Of a DNA stretch of 64,000 nucleotides, positions 1 through 10,041 are shown piece after piece. Origin of the DNA: a virus. A model generated the notes under the pieces. It ran no database searches. It was not told the DNA's origin and saw only the letters and a list, made by a program, of their open reading frames with translations. The position numbers were made by a program, and so were the translations under genes. The stretch's first letter is position 1, and every line of letters begins with the position of its first letter. The DNA lies in IMG/VR virus record IMGVR_UViG_3300033143_002031, positions 1 through 64,000 of that record; one strand, written 5' to 3'.

Positions 1-1
1 A

Positions 2-238
2 GAAGTCCAGGACGAGCAAGTCGAGGAGATAGGCGCGGTCAAGGAACGGGTCAACGCCATGTCGACCACTCTCGATGTCGTCTTCCAAACTCAGGGCGCG
101 CACGGCAAGGAACTCGGTGAGATCGGACAGCAGTGTCACAAACGATTTGAGACGTGCTCTCACGCGATGAAGAAGCTCCGGGATCGCCAAGCAGGGAATG
201 AGAAGGACACTGGAAGTTGGCCAGCCGAGGCTAAGTAG
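2..238 (+). CDS. partial (5'-truncated) coiled-coil-like protein
   Basis: Open frame from window edge (EVQDEQVEEIGAVKERVNAMSTT...) to TAG 236-238; not in ORF track because it has no start in the window. Confidence 0.6.
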   Translation, partial: EVQDEQVEEIGAVKERVNAMSTTLDVVFQTQGAHGKELGEIGQQCHKRFETCSHAMKKLRDRQAGNEKDTGSWPAEAK

Positions 239-260
239 GGGGAGGGGGAAGGATGCGAGA

Positions 261-1178
261 ATGTCTGAAGATCCTCGGTGGACGATTTCAGATGTCGCCC
301 TCGACAGAAGGAAGAGGCTGACTGTGACGCCACCCCCCTCTGATCTGAAGGTCAAAGACTCGGACGGGTTCACGGCGCAGGAAGGTACCCCTGTCGTGGA
401 CAAGCAAGAGGTCGCGTGGGAGGAGATCGGCCGGATGTCCAAGAACATCCGAGGGCTCGTGCGCGCCACGAACAACCAGGCGGAGCACGTCAAGCACATC
501 CCCGAGATGCAACGGGACGTGAAGGCTGCCAAGCGGTCTTCCGACAAGGCGCTTCAGATGGTCGAACTGGTGGAGACCAAACTCGGTACTGAACTGAAGT
601 CGGTCGATCGCCGGGTCGGGAAGGTGGAGGACAAGGGGCACGATTGCGCGCAGGTGGCGGTGATATCTTCGTTGCAGGAGTCTAGCTTGGAGACGCGCCT
701 GAAGGTCGACAAGAATGTCCAGGAGGGTGTCAGGACCCGTGAGCGGCTTGACAACACTCGCAACGATCTTGAATCGGTGGACAAGGAAGTGAAGACCTTT
801 TCGACTGCGAGAAGGAACTTCTTCATGGGCCTCGTTGGGGTCGCTATCTTCATCATTTCGACGGTTGGCTCGCTCATCTGGTTTTTGTCGGCTATGGACA
901 CACGGGTTGATAACGAGCAGCGGGAACGTCGGGAGAGCGACAGGCGAGTAGAAGCACAGGTCAAGGCGATGGGGGAGACATCCGACACAGCGCCGGTCCA
1001 GGAGAAGCTGACGAATCTGACCAAGGCGGTGAAGGCTGCGAACGGGCACGAGACGACTGAGGAGTATTGCGCTGGGTTGTCGGATCGAGCTATCCGGGTT
1101 GTGAAGAGGTCCATTCCAAGGACTGAGTGGCCGAGGTGTCGTCGGTTCGGGTTAGAGCCGGTTCGGCGCTCCCAATGA
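261..1178 (+). CDS. coiled-coil membrane protein (one TM helix), unknown function
   Basis: ATG 261 after G-rich SD; heptad-like helices and hydrophobic stretch FFMGLVGVAIFIISTVGSLIWFL. Confidence 0.7.
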   Translation: MSEDPRWTISDVALDRRKRLTVTPPPSDLKVKDSDGFTAQEGTPVVDKQEVAWEEIGRMSKNIRGLVRATNNQAEHVKHIPEMQRDVKAAKRSSDKALQMVELVETKLGTELKSVDRRVGKVEDKGHDCAQVAVISSLQESSLETRLKVDKNVQEGVRTRERLDNTRNDLESVDKEVKTFSTARRNFFMGLVGVAIFIISTVGSLIWFLSAMDTRVDNEQRERRESDRRVEAQVKAMGETSDTAPVQEKLTNLTKAVKAANGHETTEEYCAGLSDRAIRVVKRSIPRTEWPRCRRFGLEPVRRSQ

Positions 1179-1405
1179 GCTTTCCCACCTTCGAGGTACC
1201 CTCGGGGGCGGTGGATGGTGTCAACCGTATCTTCTACGTCAGCACGGACTACAGATCGGGTACCCCTCGGGTGTGGCTGAATGGGCTCCTCCAGGTGAAG
1301 CACGGGCAGGACGGATGGACGGAGATCGGCGGGAAGAAGCTCCGGCTACACGAGGCTCCGCGCACGGGTGACACGGTGCAGGTCTATTACACGCCGATCT
1401 CATAG
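1175..1405 (+). CDS. small putative virion structural protein, paralog of the next gene's N-terminus
   Basis: ATGA overlap with upstream stop; FEVPSGAVDGVNRIF..VWLNGLL..GWTE matches FEVPLGVIDGVNLVF..VFLNGLL..GWTE of 1440-1898. Confidence 0.7.
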   Translation: MSFPTFEVPSGAVDGVNRIFYVSTDYRSGTPRVWLNGLLQVKHGQDGWTEIGGKKLRLHEAPRTGDTVQVYYTPIS

Positions 1406-1439
1406 ACACGTCTATCAAACTTGAGGTATAAGGGGTTCC

Positions 1440-1898
1440 ATGCCGCTGCCCCATTTCGAGGTTCCATTGGGAGTGATCGACGGGGTGAACCTCGTCTTCA
1501 ACGTCTCCCAAGCCTACAAGCCGGGCACGACGGCGGTGTTCCTGAATGGGCTCCTCCTCCGGGAGGACTACACGGACGGCTGGACCGAATCGAACCCCGC
1601 CACGGGCGAGGTCACGATGAAGGAGCCACCGAGGGTGACCAAGATCACCCCCGATGTGGTACAGGTTTTCTACATCGACACCTCTCCGGACGTCCTGGAC
1701 GCGAGCATCGTCTGCCGCCTCGTAGGCCGTCTGAGGGACGTGGAGGCCCTGGAGGGGCGCCTGGTACCCTTGACCCCGCTTCGGGCCTCTCTGGACGTCT
1801 CAGGAGCCTTGACGGGGCACCTGGTACCCGAGCCGATGCTCCACGCGGAACTCAGGGACCACGAGGCACTCCACGGGCGGCTCGAAGCGGTGTGCTGA
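1440..1898 (+). CDS. putative virion structural protein
   Basis: Paralogous N-terminal domain to 1175-1405; tail gene context. Confidence 0.7.
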   Translation: MPLPHFEVPLGVIDGVNLVFNVSQAYKPGTTAVFLNGLLLREDYTDGWTESNPATGEVTMKEPPRVTKITPDVVQVFYIDTSPDVLDASIVCRLVGRLRDVEALEGRLVPLTPLRASLDVSGALTGHLVPEPMLHAELRDHEALHGRLEAVC

Positions 1899-1917
1899 TG
1901 TACGGGGAGGTGTGGTA

Positions 1918-2304
1918 ATGTCCGGTACGACGAGCATCCTTGGGCCGGAGAACGAGATCGAAATCTTCCGAGGGTCCTCCAAGACCTACGAGTTGGAAGT
2001 GCTCGACGGCGAGAGCCACGCTGTGAACCTCACCGGGGCTCGCGTCGTGCTCACCGTGAAGTGCGCCCTCTCGGACCCTGCACCGCTCATTCAGAAGGAC
2101 AGTCAGGTCGGCGCAGCGCAGGTGGACATCACGCACCCGGTGGAGGGGATCGCGGAGATCAAGTTCGTGCCTTCGGACACACAGACCATGGACGTGGGAG
2201 AGTACATCTTCGACGTGTGGGTCGTCCTGGCAAGCGGGACGAGGGGGCCGGTCGTCTTGCCGTCGCCGTTCAGGGTGGTGGCGGGCGTGACCATCTTGAC
2301 CTAG
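1918..2304 (+). CDS. BppU-N-like / baseplate-associated Ig-like protein
   Basis: SD GGGGAGG; pattern IFRGSSKTYELEV..VNLTGARVVLTVK..GEYIFDVWVVL resembles BppU N-terminal domains. Confidence 0.55.
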   Translation: MSGTTSILGPENEIEIFRGSSKTYELEVLDGESHAVNLTGARVVLTVKCALSDPAPLIQKDSQVGAAQVDITHPVEGIAEIKFVPSDTQTMDVGEYIFDVWVVLASGTRGPVVLPSPFRVVAGVTILT

Positions 2305-2323
2305 AGCGACCATTGGTCGCAGC

Positions 2324-2932
2324 ATGAGGGCCACGATGAAGTGGACACATTGGATTCTGTACGCGATTTGTTGCCCCTGGGACCTGCTCGTGGCATGGCC
2401 GGTCGTTCTGCTCATCCGAGCCTTCTGGGGCGAGGATCTGCGCTGGGAAACTCCCCCTCCCTACGACCGGGAGAAGGGAGGAGGGGGTGGCCCTTGTCTC
2501 TCCTGCCGCATCCGTGAGAACTCGTTTCCGGTGACCAAGGGTACCTTCCCGAAAGGATGGTACCTGCACAAGGGATCGGGGCGACCGTGGGGCGGTACCA
2601 GCCTCGGCCACGGGGTGTTCTACGGCCCTGGAGGTCGTAAGGGTCCGGACGACTGGACCAGGACGCAGGCGCATGAGCACGTCCATGTGGAGCAGGCGGA
2701 AGTGGCCATGGTGCGGGGCTTCGCTGTAGGGCTTACCACGGGTATCGTTCTCTGGTCTCTGGGGCACCCTATTGCTGGCACGATCATGTTCCTGACCTTC
2801 TGGACGATCGGCTACCTGCTCATGGGGCTCGCGGGCTGGCCTACGGCGGTGCTTCGAGGTGAGGAAGCGTATTGGGGCTCGACGCACGAGGAGAGTGCGC
2901 GGGCGCAGGATGACCACCTGGCGGGGAGGTAG
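2324..2932 (+). CDS. membrane protein with HExxH motif (possible metallopeptidase)
   Basis: AHEHVHVEQ followed by two hydrophobic helices. Confidence 0.55.
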   Translation: MRATMKWTHWILYAICCPWDLLVAWPVVLLIRAFWGEDLRWETPPPYDREKGGGGGPCLSCRIRENSFPVTKGTFPKGWYLHKGSGRPWGGTSLGHGVFYGPGGRKGPDDWTRTQAHEHVHVEQAEVAMVRGFAVGLTTGIVLWSLGHPIAGTIMFLTFWTIGYLLMGLAGWPTAVLRGEEAYWGSTHEESARAQDDHLAGR

Positions 2933-2934
2933 CC

Positions 2935-3813
2935 ATGGCTAACACGCCACGGATGAACTGGCCCTTTCCGAACGAGAACAAGGACCCCTGGTATGAGGCG
3001 CTCGAAAACTTCTCGAACGCCCTCGATGCTTCTGGCTACGCGGCCCGGGAAGACCGCCAACTCATTCTCATCGGTGGCGGCACCATAGACTGGGATGCTG
3101 TCGGCTCGATCCTCCAGTGGTCGGGGTCTTTTCAGGTCGTCTCCCCCATCTCCGGTTTCCTGCTCAGTGTGCCAGCCACCTCAGTCACCATCGAAGACGG
3201 CCAAGCGCTCTACGCGAAGCTGACGCGGGCGCCGACGCGGAACCTAAATGTCGAGGTCGTGGTTGAGAACCAGGTTCCACAGACGGACACCGACTACATC
3301 CTCGCCATCCGGGTCGGGGACTCGATCTACTGGCGCAATGGCCTCTCGATGGACTCCGGCGATAGCATGCCCGGGGTCACCATTCGTAATGTCGGTGCGG
3401 GGGCCAAGGACTGGCAGGTAGATTTCGCCGATGTGTACCTCTACACGCAAGCGGTTGTCGCGGTGGAGGAGACGGTCGGCCAAGCGCAGTTCGATGGCTC
3501 CCGGATTGGAGCGAGCGCGCTTCGCTTCTTTGCCATGGTGTCGCCGACCTTTGCGGGGGCGGGGACGGCGCTAGTCCGTCTGTACGACCAAGGTCCGGCT
3601 GTTGGTCCGCCTGGGGCCGCTCAGTTGGTCTCAACGCTCTCCACAATCGTAGGTGGAGGGCCGCAGCACTTGGATCAGGTGCTCACTGTGGCTGGCGCTG
3701 TTGGGGTAAACCAGATCATGAATGTGCCTCGCATGTATGAGATACGGGTGATCACCTCGGCGCTGCCTGGGGATACAATCTTCGTCGGTGGTGGCGGGAT
3801 GGAGGTTCACTGA
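2935..3813 (+). CDS. tail fibre/appendage cassette A, gene 1
   Basis: N-terminus paralogous to 7552-9390 (TPRMNWPFP..REDRQLIL.GG); C-terminus paralogous to 9400-10032 (VEETVG..RLYD.GPA.GP). Confidence 0.7.
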   Translation: MANTPRMNWPFPNENKDPWYEALENFSNALDASGYAAREDRQLILIGGGTIDWDAVGSILQWSGSFQVVSPISGFLLSVPATSVTIEDGQALYAKLTRAPTRNLNVEVVVENQVPQTDTDYILAIRVGDSIYWRNGLSMDSGDSMPGVTIRNVGAGAKDWQVDFADVYLYTQAVVAVEETVGQAQFDGSRIGASALRFFAMVSPTFAGAGTALVRLYDQGPAVGPPGAAQLVSTLSTIVGGGPQHLDQVLTVAGAVGVNQIMNVPRMYEIRVITSALPGDTIFVGGGGMEVH

Positions 3814-3816
3814 GCC

Positions 3817-5196
3817 ATGGCGACATTCGTTAGGAATTTTCACACCCCCTACGTCGCGGCCACGAACTGCCAGATCGCGTGCCTGTGGACCTACGCCGAG
3901 TTGTTTCGGTTGGCCGGGTACACCTACGATTCGGACGATGGCGACCCTGCGTGGGCTTCTGCTCTCAACGTGCTGGTGAGTGAACCTGGTGGGGTGAACG
4001 GGTTTCAAGTGGACCCGCTAGAGCCGTTGATCATCACCGACCCATTGGCTCGGTTCACGCAGGCGATGGTGGATGACGAGGCTTCGATCTACCTCCATGC
4101 GGCCAACGACGTGAACAAGGGGGCTTGGCAGATGGCCGAGCTTCTCACAACTGGCAAGGTGAGGATCGACAGCGCAGGGCGCCCACCGGCCAACTGGGTG
4201 CCTGAAACAGGGGCTCCTGGGCGTGTCACGATCCCTGACGGCCTGTTCCCGCTAGACGGGGCTTGGATTCTTTTCAATGCTCCGGCTCCGAGCCGGTTGC
4301 AGGTCCGGCTCGTGAAGACGGTTTACAACAACTGCGCTATCTATGTCCGTCCGAAGGGACAGCCGGTAGTCGGTGTCGGGGACGACATCAACATCGCTGG
4401 CGCTCCGACCGTGCAGTTGACCGACGCGGCCGGGCTCTTTCGAGCGGAGATGGTCGGCCGGAACATCACGATCACGAACGCTGCCAACGCGCCAAACAAT
4501 GGGACCTTCCCGATCACAGGCTACGTCAGCGACACTGTGATCCAGTACACGAACATCAACGCGGTGGCCGAAGGGCCTGTGGCGACTTTCGACTGGGAGA
4601 TTGACGGGGACGCAACAGAGACCGTCGGGCAGACCACTGGGCACGTCTATGACTATCGCTACCGGATGAACATGATTGCGGACGGTCCAAACGTGTTCAT
4701 CTTCCACTTTGGCCCGGCCACACGAAAGACGGAAATGTGGATGCTCGTGGGAGAGCTAGAGGCTTCGGAGGTCGAGGACGAGACCCCTGGTTTTTTGTGG
4801 GGTACTCCGTTCAGCGTGACGGACCTCAAAGGGCCGTGGGAGTACGATGCGGAGATGCTCGACCACCTTTCGACTCCAGGGCAGTTGGCCGGGCACCCCA
4901 CCTACCTGAAAACCGGCTGGAATACCAATGCTGTCGATCAGTGGAACAAGAAAGCTCAACGGCGCCTTGTGAACGGGTACGCCTTTGGACGATCGCCCTG
5001 GGTAGTCATGGCCGACGTAGCGACCGGGGGCTATGTGAGAGGACGCCTCCCGCTGGTGGTGTTCACAAGCACAGCTTTTGCCCCGTATCAGCCTTTGGAT
5101 GGTGCCGGGCAGTGGCAATACCTGGACATGGGTCTTGCTATCCCGAGGAACGGTCCTAACGATCCTTTCATTCTCTCGGCGGCGGCGGAGGTGTAG
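3817..5196 (+). CDS. tail fibre/appendage cassette A, gene 2
   Basis: Paralog of 10042-11157 (M.x.VRN start; GGYVRGRLP vs GGFHRGRHP; G.W.YL..G..xP.NG.NDP end); contains repeat module VGRNITITNAANAPNNGTFPI. Confidence 0.7.
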   Translation: MATFVRNFHTPYVAATNCQIACLWTYAELFRLAGYTYDSDDGDPAWASALNVLVSEPGGVNGFQVDPLEPLIITDPLARFTQAMVDDEASIYLHAANDVNKGAWQMAELLTTGKVRIDSAGRPPANWVPETGAPGRVTIPDGLFPLDGAWILFNAPAPSRLQVRLVKTVYNNCAIYVRPKGQPVVGVGDDINIAGAPTVQLTDAAGLFRAEMVGRNITITNAANAPNNGTFPITGYVSDTVIQYTNINAVAEGPVATFDWEIDGDATETVGQTTGHVYDYRYRMNMIADGPNVFIFHFGPATRKTEMWMLVGELEASEVEDETPGFLWGTPFSVTDLKGPWEYDAEMLDHLSTPGQLAGHPTYLKTGWNTNAVDQWNKKAQRRLVNGYAFGRSPWVVMADVATGGYVRGRLPLVVFTSTAFAPYQPLDGAGQWQYLDMGLAIPRNGPNDPFILSAAAEV

Positions 5197-5199
5197 GCC

Positions 5200-7233
5200 A
5201 TGGCGACGAAGCACTGGGCGCGAGACGTCAATCTCCAAGATCCAACCAGCTACATCGCTGGCGGAAACCACAACCGCGCGAACGCACTTCTGTACCACTT
5301 TCTCCGTGTGGCGGGGTGGGGGTGGCTCTGGGAGTGTGACGGGGACACCGGGCCGCACTCAGAGGTTCCGAATCACATCGTGGACGGGAACGTGAGGGCC
5401 GGAGGTGTGACGAACTGGTCCGCCGTCAATGCTGGGGTCCCGACCAAGGACACCACGGTCGTTCATAGCGGTGCTCAGAGCCTCAAGATCGTGGCCTCGG
5501 CTCTCGGCGACGGTGCTATCAGCGACACCCTGCTCAATATGAAGCCCAACTTCGCTGCAACTACTGGAACAGGGGATGGTCTCAGTGGGCCGGTCAACGG
5601 CATGATGACCTACACCGATTCCTCCAGCATCTTCAGCATGGAGCTTCCCGGTGCTACCTTCTCGATGACAGGATCGACCCACCCGACGAACAACGGCGAC
5701 TTCCCGATCGTAGCTCATCTTTCTGCGAACAGCATCCTCATCTACAATCCTGTCGGTGTGTCGGAGGGCTACATCACTCCGAATCCCCCCACGACGCCAG
5801 GCTACACGACCAATATCTACGGTTGGTACAAGTACGAGCTTGAAGTTTGGGCCTACAACGCTGGAGACGCCTGGGATGTCGAGGTCGACCCAGGGACAGG
5901 GGTCTTTGCGAGCGTGGGTACCCTGCCCAACAACGGAGGTGCGTGGGTTCGGTATCACTTCGACTTCGAGGTCCAGGGCGGTGGAGGGGTGAAGGTCCGT
6001 TTCGTCTCGACAGGGGTGGGGGCACACACGATCTATATCGGAGGTGCACTCTGCTTCCGATCTCAGTTCGAGTATATGGCCAGCGATCATCACACCGGCT
6101 ATACGGCTGGGGCTCCGAATGTTCGCGGGACCGACGGAATCCTGACCAATCCTGATCGGTTTTCGACAGCCGGTAGCCACACCTGCGGAGTCCATGACGT
6201 AGGAAAGCATCTGTTCGTCTGGGACCCGACCAACAACAAAAACTCTGGGGTCTACGAGGTCATTGCTGATCTCGGAGGTGGTGTGGTCCAGGTGGACATG
6301 CGGTCTGGGTCGGCAGCGTTTGTCACTCAGAGCGCGCTCAACTGGCGCCTCATAAGCATCGCGTACCCCTCATCCGGAGGGATGATCCCGAACAGTCCCA
6401 TGCCGGTGTGGCAGCAGACTGCGGGCTTCGGCGTCGAGTCCTTTCACTCCTCGAAGTGGCGGTGGTTCATACGGCAGAACCAGTCATCCGCTCAGACGGT
6501 GAAATCTTCCGAGATGTGGTCGGCACCGGAGGACACGGACTTCGACTTCTCGGATGGGCACTTCTACAAGAGCGGCCCGTCCGTCATGCGGAACAGGGCG
6601 CAACACTGGACGCGGAACGTCGGTGGTGGAGGTCTGAACCCTGGCATGCACACGTGGCGGGGTCTGTATTCCTACTTCATCGGGACGACCGTATCGCGCA
6701 CCTTCATCATGACGGACGAGGAGGGCGCTTTTTTCCTGTTCGTCCACTACTCGACTCACGATGACGGCCATGGGTGTCACTTGAACGGGTATCTAGGGAG
6801 CAGTCCGCAGCATCCCGGGATCATGTCGTGCTACCAGTTCGCTCCTTGGGAGAGTGTGAATAGTTACAATGCGATCTTCTTCGATGACTTCTATCGTTAT
6901 TTCAGTGCGCTAGGGACTGGGTACGACTCGGATGGCCAGTCACGGCGAGCTTGCCTCGGTCAACTTGGGTATGAGAATGGGCTGCTCGATGTGCACACGA
7001 TGCCCCAGCAGAAGGCGAACCCGTTCTCAGGTCGGGAGTGGGTCCATACTCCGTTTATCGGTCTCGATCCGGAGGGGGTCGATAACATGGGAGGGGAGAT
7101 GGATGCGGACGGGTGCGGGGTCTATCAGGGCGGGACGGGCATCGTTGCAGACCTGTCCACGTTCGACAGCGAGCAATTCCTGCACTTCACCAATGGGCTC
7201 GTGATCGAGTGGTCCGGAGAGACCATCTTGTAG
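5200..7233 (+). CDS. tail fibre/appendage cassette A, gene 3, with carbohydrate-binding-like domain
   Basis: Paralog of 11170-13083 (LYHFLRVAGWGWLWECD vs LFHFFRVMGWVWLWECD; LPNNGGAW vs IPDNGGVW); DGN..GGVTNW..VVHSGAQSLKI is CBM-like. Confidence 0.7.
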   Translation: MATKHWARDVNLQDPTSYIAGGNHNRANALLYHFLRVAGWGWLWECDGDTGPHSEVPNHIVDGNVRAGGVTNWSAVNAGVPTKDTTVVHSGAQSLKIVASALGDGAISDTLLNMKPNFAATTGTGDGLSGPVNGMMTYTDSSSIFSMELPGATFSMTGSTHPTNNGDFPIVAHLSANSILIYNPVGVSEGYITPNPPTTPGYTTNIYGWYKYELEVWAYNAGDAWDVEVDPGTGVFASVGTLPNNGGAWVRYHFDFEVQGGGGVKVRFVSTGVGAHTIYIGGALCFRSQFEYMASDHHTGYTAGAPNVRGTDGILTNPDRFSTAGSHTCGVHDVGKHLFVWDPTNNKNSGVYEVIADLGGGVVQVDMRSGSAAFVTQSALNWRLISIAYPSSGGMIPNSPMPVWQQTAGFGVESFHSSKWRWFIRQNQSSAQTVKSSEMWSAPEDTDFDFSDGHFYKSGPSVMRNRAQHWTRNVGGGGLNPGMHTWRGLYSYFIGTTVSRTFIMTDEEGAFFLFVHYSTHDDGHGCHLNGYLGSSPQHPGIMSCYQFAPWESVNSYNAIFFDDFYRYFSALGTGYDSDGQSRRACLGQLGYENGLLDVHTMPQQKANPFSGREWVHTPFIGLDPEGVDNMGGEMDADGCGVYQGGTGIVADLSTFDSEQFLHFTNGLVIEWSGETIL

Positions 7234-7242
7234 GGGTGATCG

Positions 7243-7539
7243 GTGTCTACGCGGATATACGGTACTGAAGCGGACCTGCTCTCATGGGACTGGGCGAGCA
7301 CACTCGACACGCAGGTGTATGGGAGCGCTGGGACGCTCATCCGCGTCCAGCCTCTCACAGGAGAGGTCGAGTCCCAGTACATCAACCGCGTCTGGGATGC
7401 TGCGCTTGGGAACTATGTTCGGTGGCTGACCTACTACATCGACTACACCGGGCAGGAGTTTCCCGGCCCCTCCACGTGGGCGGCCGTCACCGCTTCCTAT
7501 TGCGTGGAAGCGATCAAGTTCGGAAGGAACGTCGGGTGA
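7243..7539 (+). CDS. small cassette A gene 4 (fibre accessory)
   Basis: GTG start; paralog of 13093-13434 (TGQEFPGP..YCVEAI vs TGAHFPGP..YGVESI). Confidence 0.65.
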   Translation: MSTRIYGTEADLLSWDWASTLDTQVYGSAGTLIRVQPLTGEVESQYINRVWDAALGNYVRWLTYYIDYTGQEFPGPSTWAAVTASYCVEAIKFGRNVG

Positions 7540-7551
7540 TGGAGGATCGCG

Positions 7552-9390
7552 ATGCCCACTAGCCCACGAATGAACTGGCCCTACCCGTCCGATAAACAAG
7601 AGGCGTGGTACGAGGCGTTCAAGACATTCGTGGAGTCCATGGACTCTTCGGGCTTCGCCTCCCGCGAGGACCGGCAACTCATCCTCTCCGGCGGCAACGT
7701 CGTGTCGTGGGACGGGGTCACAGGCGCGCTCCAGTGGACAGGTGCGATCAATCTCATCTCCCCGATCACAGGGTTTCAGGTCCAGGTCGCTCCTGCGGTC
7801 GTCTCGTTGGCCAACGGGCAGGTTCTCTACGCGGTTCTGACCCGTGCCCCGACGAAGAACGTCACCATCGAGGTCGTAGTCGCCGGTCAAGTGCCGAACA
7901 CGGACACGGCTATCACGCTGGCTGTGCGTGTCGGTACCAGAATCTACTGGCGGAACGGGCTTCTGTTCGACAGCGGTGATTCGGTCACGAACCTCGGTGC
8001 GAAGCAGGGCGGCGGTGGGGGCTCCCCTTTGCAGGTGGACGACGAGGGAGCACCGCTCGTCGCAAACTGCAATCTCATGGACTTCATCGGGGCTGGTGTC
8101 ACTGTTGCCCTGACCGCTCCGAACCAGGTGAGCGTGACGATTCCTGGTATTCCTGTAGGGGCTGCCGCTGGCGATCTCTCTGGGAACTATCCGGCGCCGA
8201 CCGTGGACAAGATCCAGGGCGGGGATGTCTTCGACGCCATCGCCCCTGTCAATGGCGACGTGCTGTCGTGGGACGGTCCGAACAGCCGATGGGATGCAGC
8301 GGCCATAGGGGCTGCGAGTGACAGGCGCACGGCCTACTACGTCGTCGGCAACGCGGCCAACGGCGACACTGCGGTCGTCTGCGACTACCTGGACGTTGGG
8401 GACGGGGTGCAGCTTCAGGCGGCTCTGATAGCGGCAGGGGCCGGAAGAGATGTGTATGTGCGCCCAGGTCTCTACGACCTCGGGGTCGGGGCTGCGACGT
8501 CCCCCCTGATCGTTCCAACTGGGGTACGTGTTCGTGGAGCCGGTCGGGGTCACACCTTCGTTCGGACCAAGAACACGGACCAGGGAGCTTTCCAGGTGAA
8601 CCTCGGTTCCTTGGTTGAAGACCTCACGGTGGAGGTAGCGCTCTCGAATGCGGGCGGCTGTGTCGGACAAACCTCGGTTGTCTTGCTCAACAACGAACTC
8701 GCAAGGTGCTACCGGGTAGCGGTGAGGTTCCTTGGAGCCTACACGCCTGTCGAGGCAGCCAATTCGATCCTTCTCGGCGTCTTCGGGTTGTCCAGTGTGC
8801 TCGTGGAAGACGCCAAACTCGTGGACTGCACGGTCGGGGAGAAGACTGCTCCGGCTCCACAATTCATGGCGCTCGGGAAGCTACTTCTGCAAAGCCTTCG
8901 GGCTGTCTACGTGCCCGGCATCTCTACGCTGTTGAACGTGTTGGACTTGCGTGGCTTCATTTCGCACGGTGCGGATGTTGGAGTGGAAGCCGCCTCCAAG
9001 TCCAGGGTGCTCGACTACACGATCTACGACGCCTACCAGTACGGGCTGTGGCTTCATGACACCTCTGGCTGTGAGGTCTCGGTCGGTGAGATCAACATGG
9101 TCGCCTCTGGTGGCACGGAGGCTGGCATCCGCCTCGAAGCACTCACTGACTCCGATGTGGACGGTGTGCGAGTGATCGCGTCGACAGGGGCAGCCGGGAC
9201 CAAGGCTGTGGAACTGGTGAACGCGGACAGGAACATCATTCGGGGTGTGCGAGCCTCGTCAGGGTGGGGGTACGGGGCCGACCTCGACGCGAGCAGTGAT
9301 TACAACATCGTCAATGCGAACCAACTATCGCAGGCGACGACCCCTGTTCGCGATCTTGGTGTCGGCAACGACGTGGCGCACAACTTGTAG
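7552..9390 (+). CDS. tailspike-like protein with right-handed beta-helix (pectin-lyase-like), cassette B gene 1a
   Basis: N-terminus shared with 2935; DGVQLQAALIAAGAGRDVYVRPGLYDL..LIVPTGVRVRGAG is a typical beta-helix cap, followed by beta-helix-like rungs. Confidence 0.7.
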   Translation: MPTSPRMNWPYPSDKQEAWYEAFKTFVESMDSSGFASREDRQLILSGGNVVSWDGVTGALQWTGAINLISPITGFQVQVAPAVVSLANGQVLYAVLTRAPTKNVTIEVVVAGQVPNTDTAITLAVRVGTRIYWRNGLLFDSGDSVTNLGAKQGGGGGSPLQVDDEGAPLVANCNLMDFIGAGVTVALTAPNQVSVTIPGIPVGAAAGDLSGNYPAPTVDKIQGGDVFDAIAPVNGDVLSWDGPNSRWDAAAIGAASDRRTAYYVVGNAANGDTAVVCDYLDVGDGVQLQAALIAAGAGRDVYVRPGLYDLGVGAATSPLIVPTGVRVRGAGRGHTFVRTKNTDQGAFQVNLGSLVEDLTVEVALSNAGGCVGQTSVVLLNNELARCYRVAVRFLGAYTPVEAANSILLGVFGLSSVLVEDAKLVDCTVGEKTAPAPQFMALGKLLLQSLRAVYVPGISTLLNVLDLRGFISHGADVGVEAASKSRVLDYTIYDAYQYGLWLHDTSGCEVSVGEINMVASGGTEAGIRLEALTDSDVDGVRVIASTGAAGTKAVELVNADRNIIRGVRASSGWGYGADLDASSDYNIVNANQLSQATTPVRDLGVGNDVAHNL

Positions 9391-9399
9391 GAGAAGTGG

Positions 9400-10032
9400 A
9401 TGGCGACGAAATCTCCAAGGCAGCACCATGGGCAATGGCCGAACGTCGTGTCAGCCGCACAGCTTCCGAATGTCCTGGGGGCTACGATTCAGGACGCGGC
9501 ACTGGAGATCGGGGACATCGCCTATGTCGTAGGCACGGGGCTCTACCAGTGCGACGCTGCGGGCCTTGGTGCTGCGTCATGGTCGCAGCCAGGTGGGGGC
9601 GGAGGCGGCGGCGGGACCGTCCTGACCGACGCGGACTGGGGTGGGGATCATCAGTACAGTCAGCAGGCGGCCCCGGTCGAAGAGACCGTCGGCTATGGCG
9701 TGCTCAACGGGTCGCTCGTTGGGTTGTTTACGGCCTACTTCCGGGTGGCGTGGAACCCGCAGTTCACTGTCCCAGGCTCGGCCGACGCCAGGCTCTACGA
9801 CCTCGGCCCGGCGGCTGGACCCCTGGTGGCTCCGACGCTCATCGCTACGCTGTCCAACGGACCTCCAGGAGTGAACGGGGTGGAGTACCTGGAGCAAGCT
9901 CTCGCTATCGGGGGCTCACCAGGTCCGAACCAGATTCAGAACACGGCCCGGCTCTACGAGGTGGCGGTGTATCAGTCATCGCAGGCCGGGGACTCTGTGC
10001 GCGTCGGCAGCATAGGGATCACGATTCGGTAG
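9400..10032 (+). CDS. cassette B gene 1b (fibre-associated)
   Basis: C-terminal half paralogous to the C-terminus of 2935-3813; poly-Gly hinge. Confidence 0.7.
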   Translation: MATKSPRQHHGQWPNVVSAAQLPNVLGATIQDAALEIGDIAYVVGTGLYQCDAAGLGAASWSQPGGGGGGGGTVLTDADWGGDHQYSQQAAPVEETVGYGVLNGSLVGLFTAYFRVAWNPQFTVPGSADARLYDLGPAAGPLVAPTLIATLSNGPPGVNGVEYLEQALAIGGSPGPNQIQNTARLYEVAVYQSSQAGDSVRVGSIGITIR

Positions 10033-10041
10033 GAGAAGACA

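Noticed and set aside
7282-8862. Long minus-strand ORFs (for example 7282-8862, 10132-11421, 27059-28174, 30742-31938, 48336-49877)
   Set aside because: They lie antisense to well-supported + strand genes, lack SDs and recognisable motifs, and are expected shadows of high-GC codon bias
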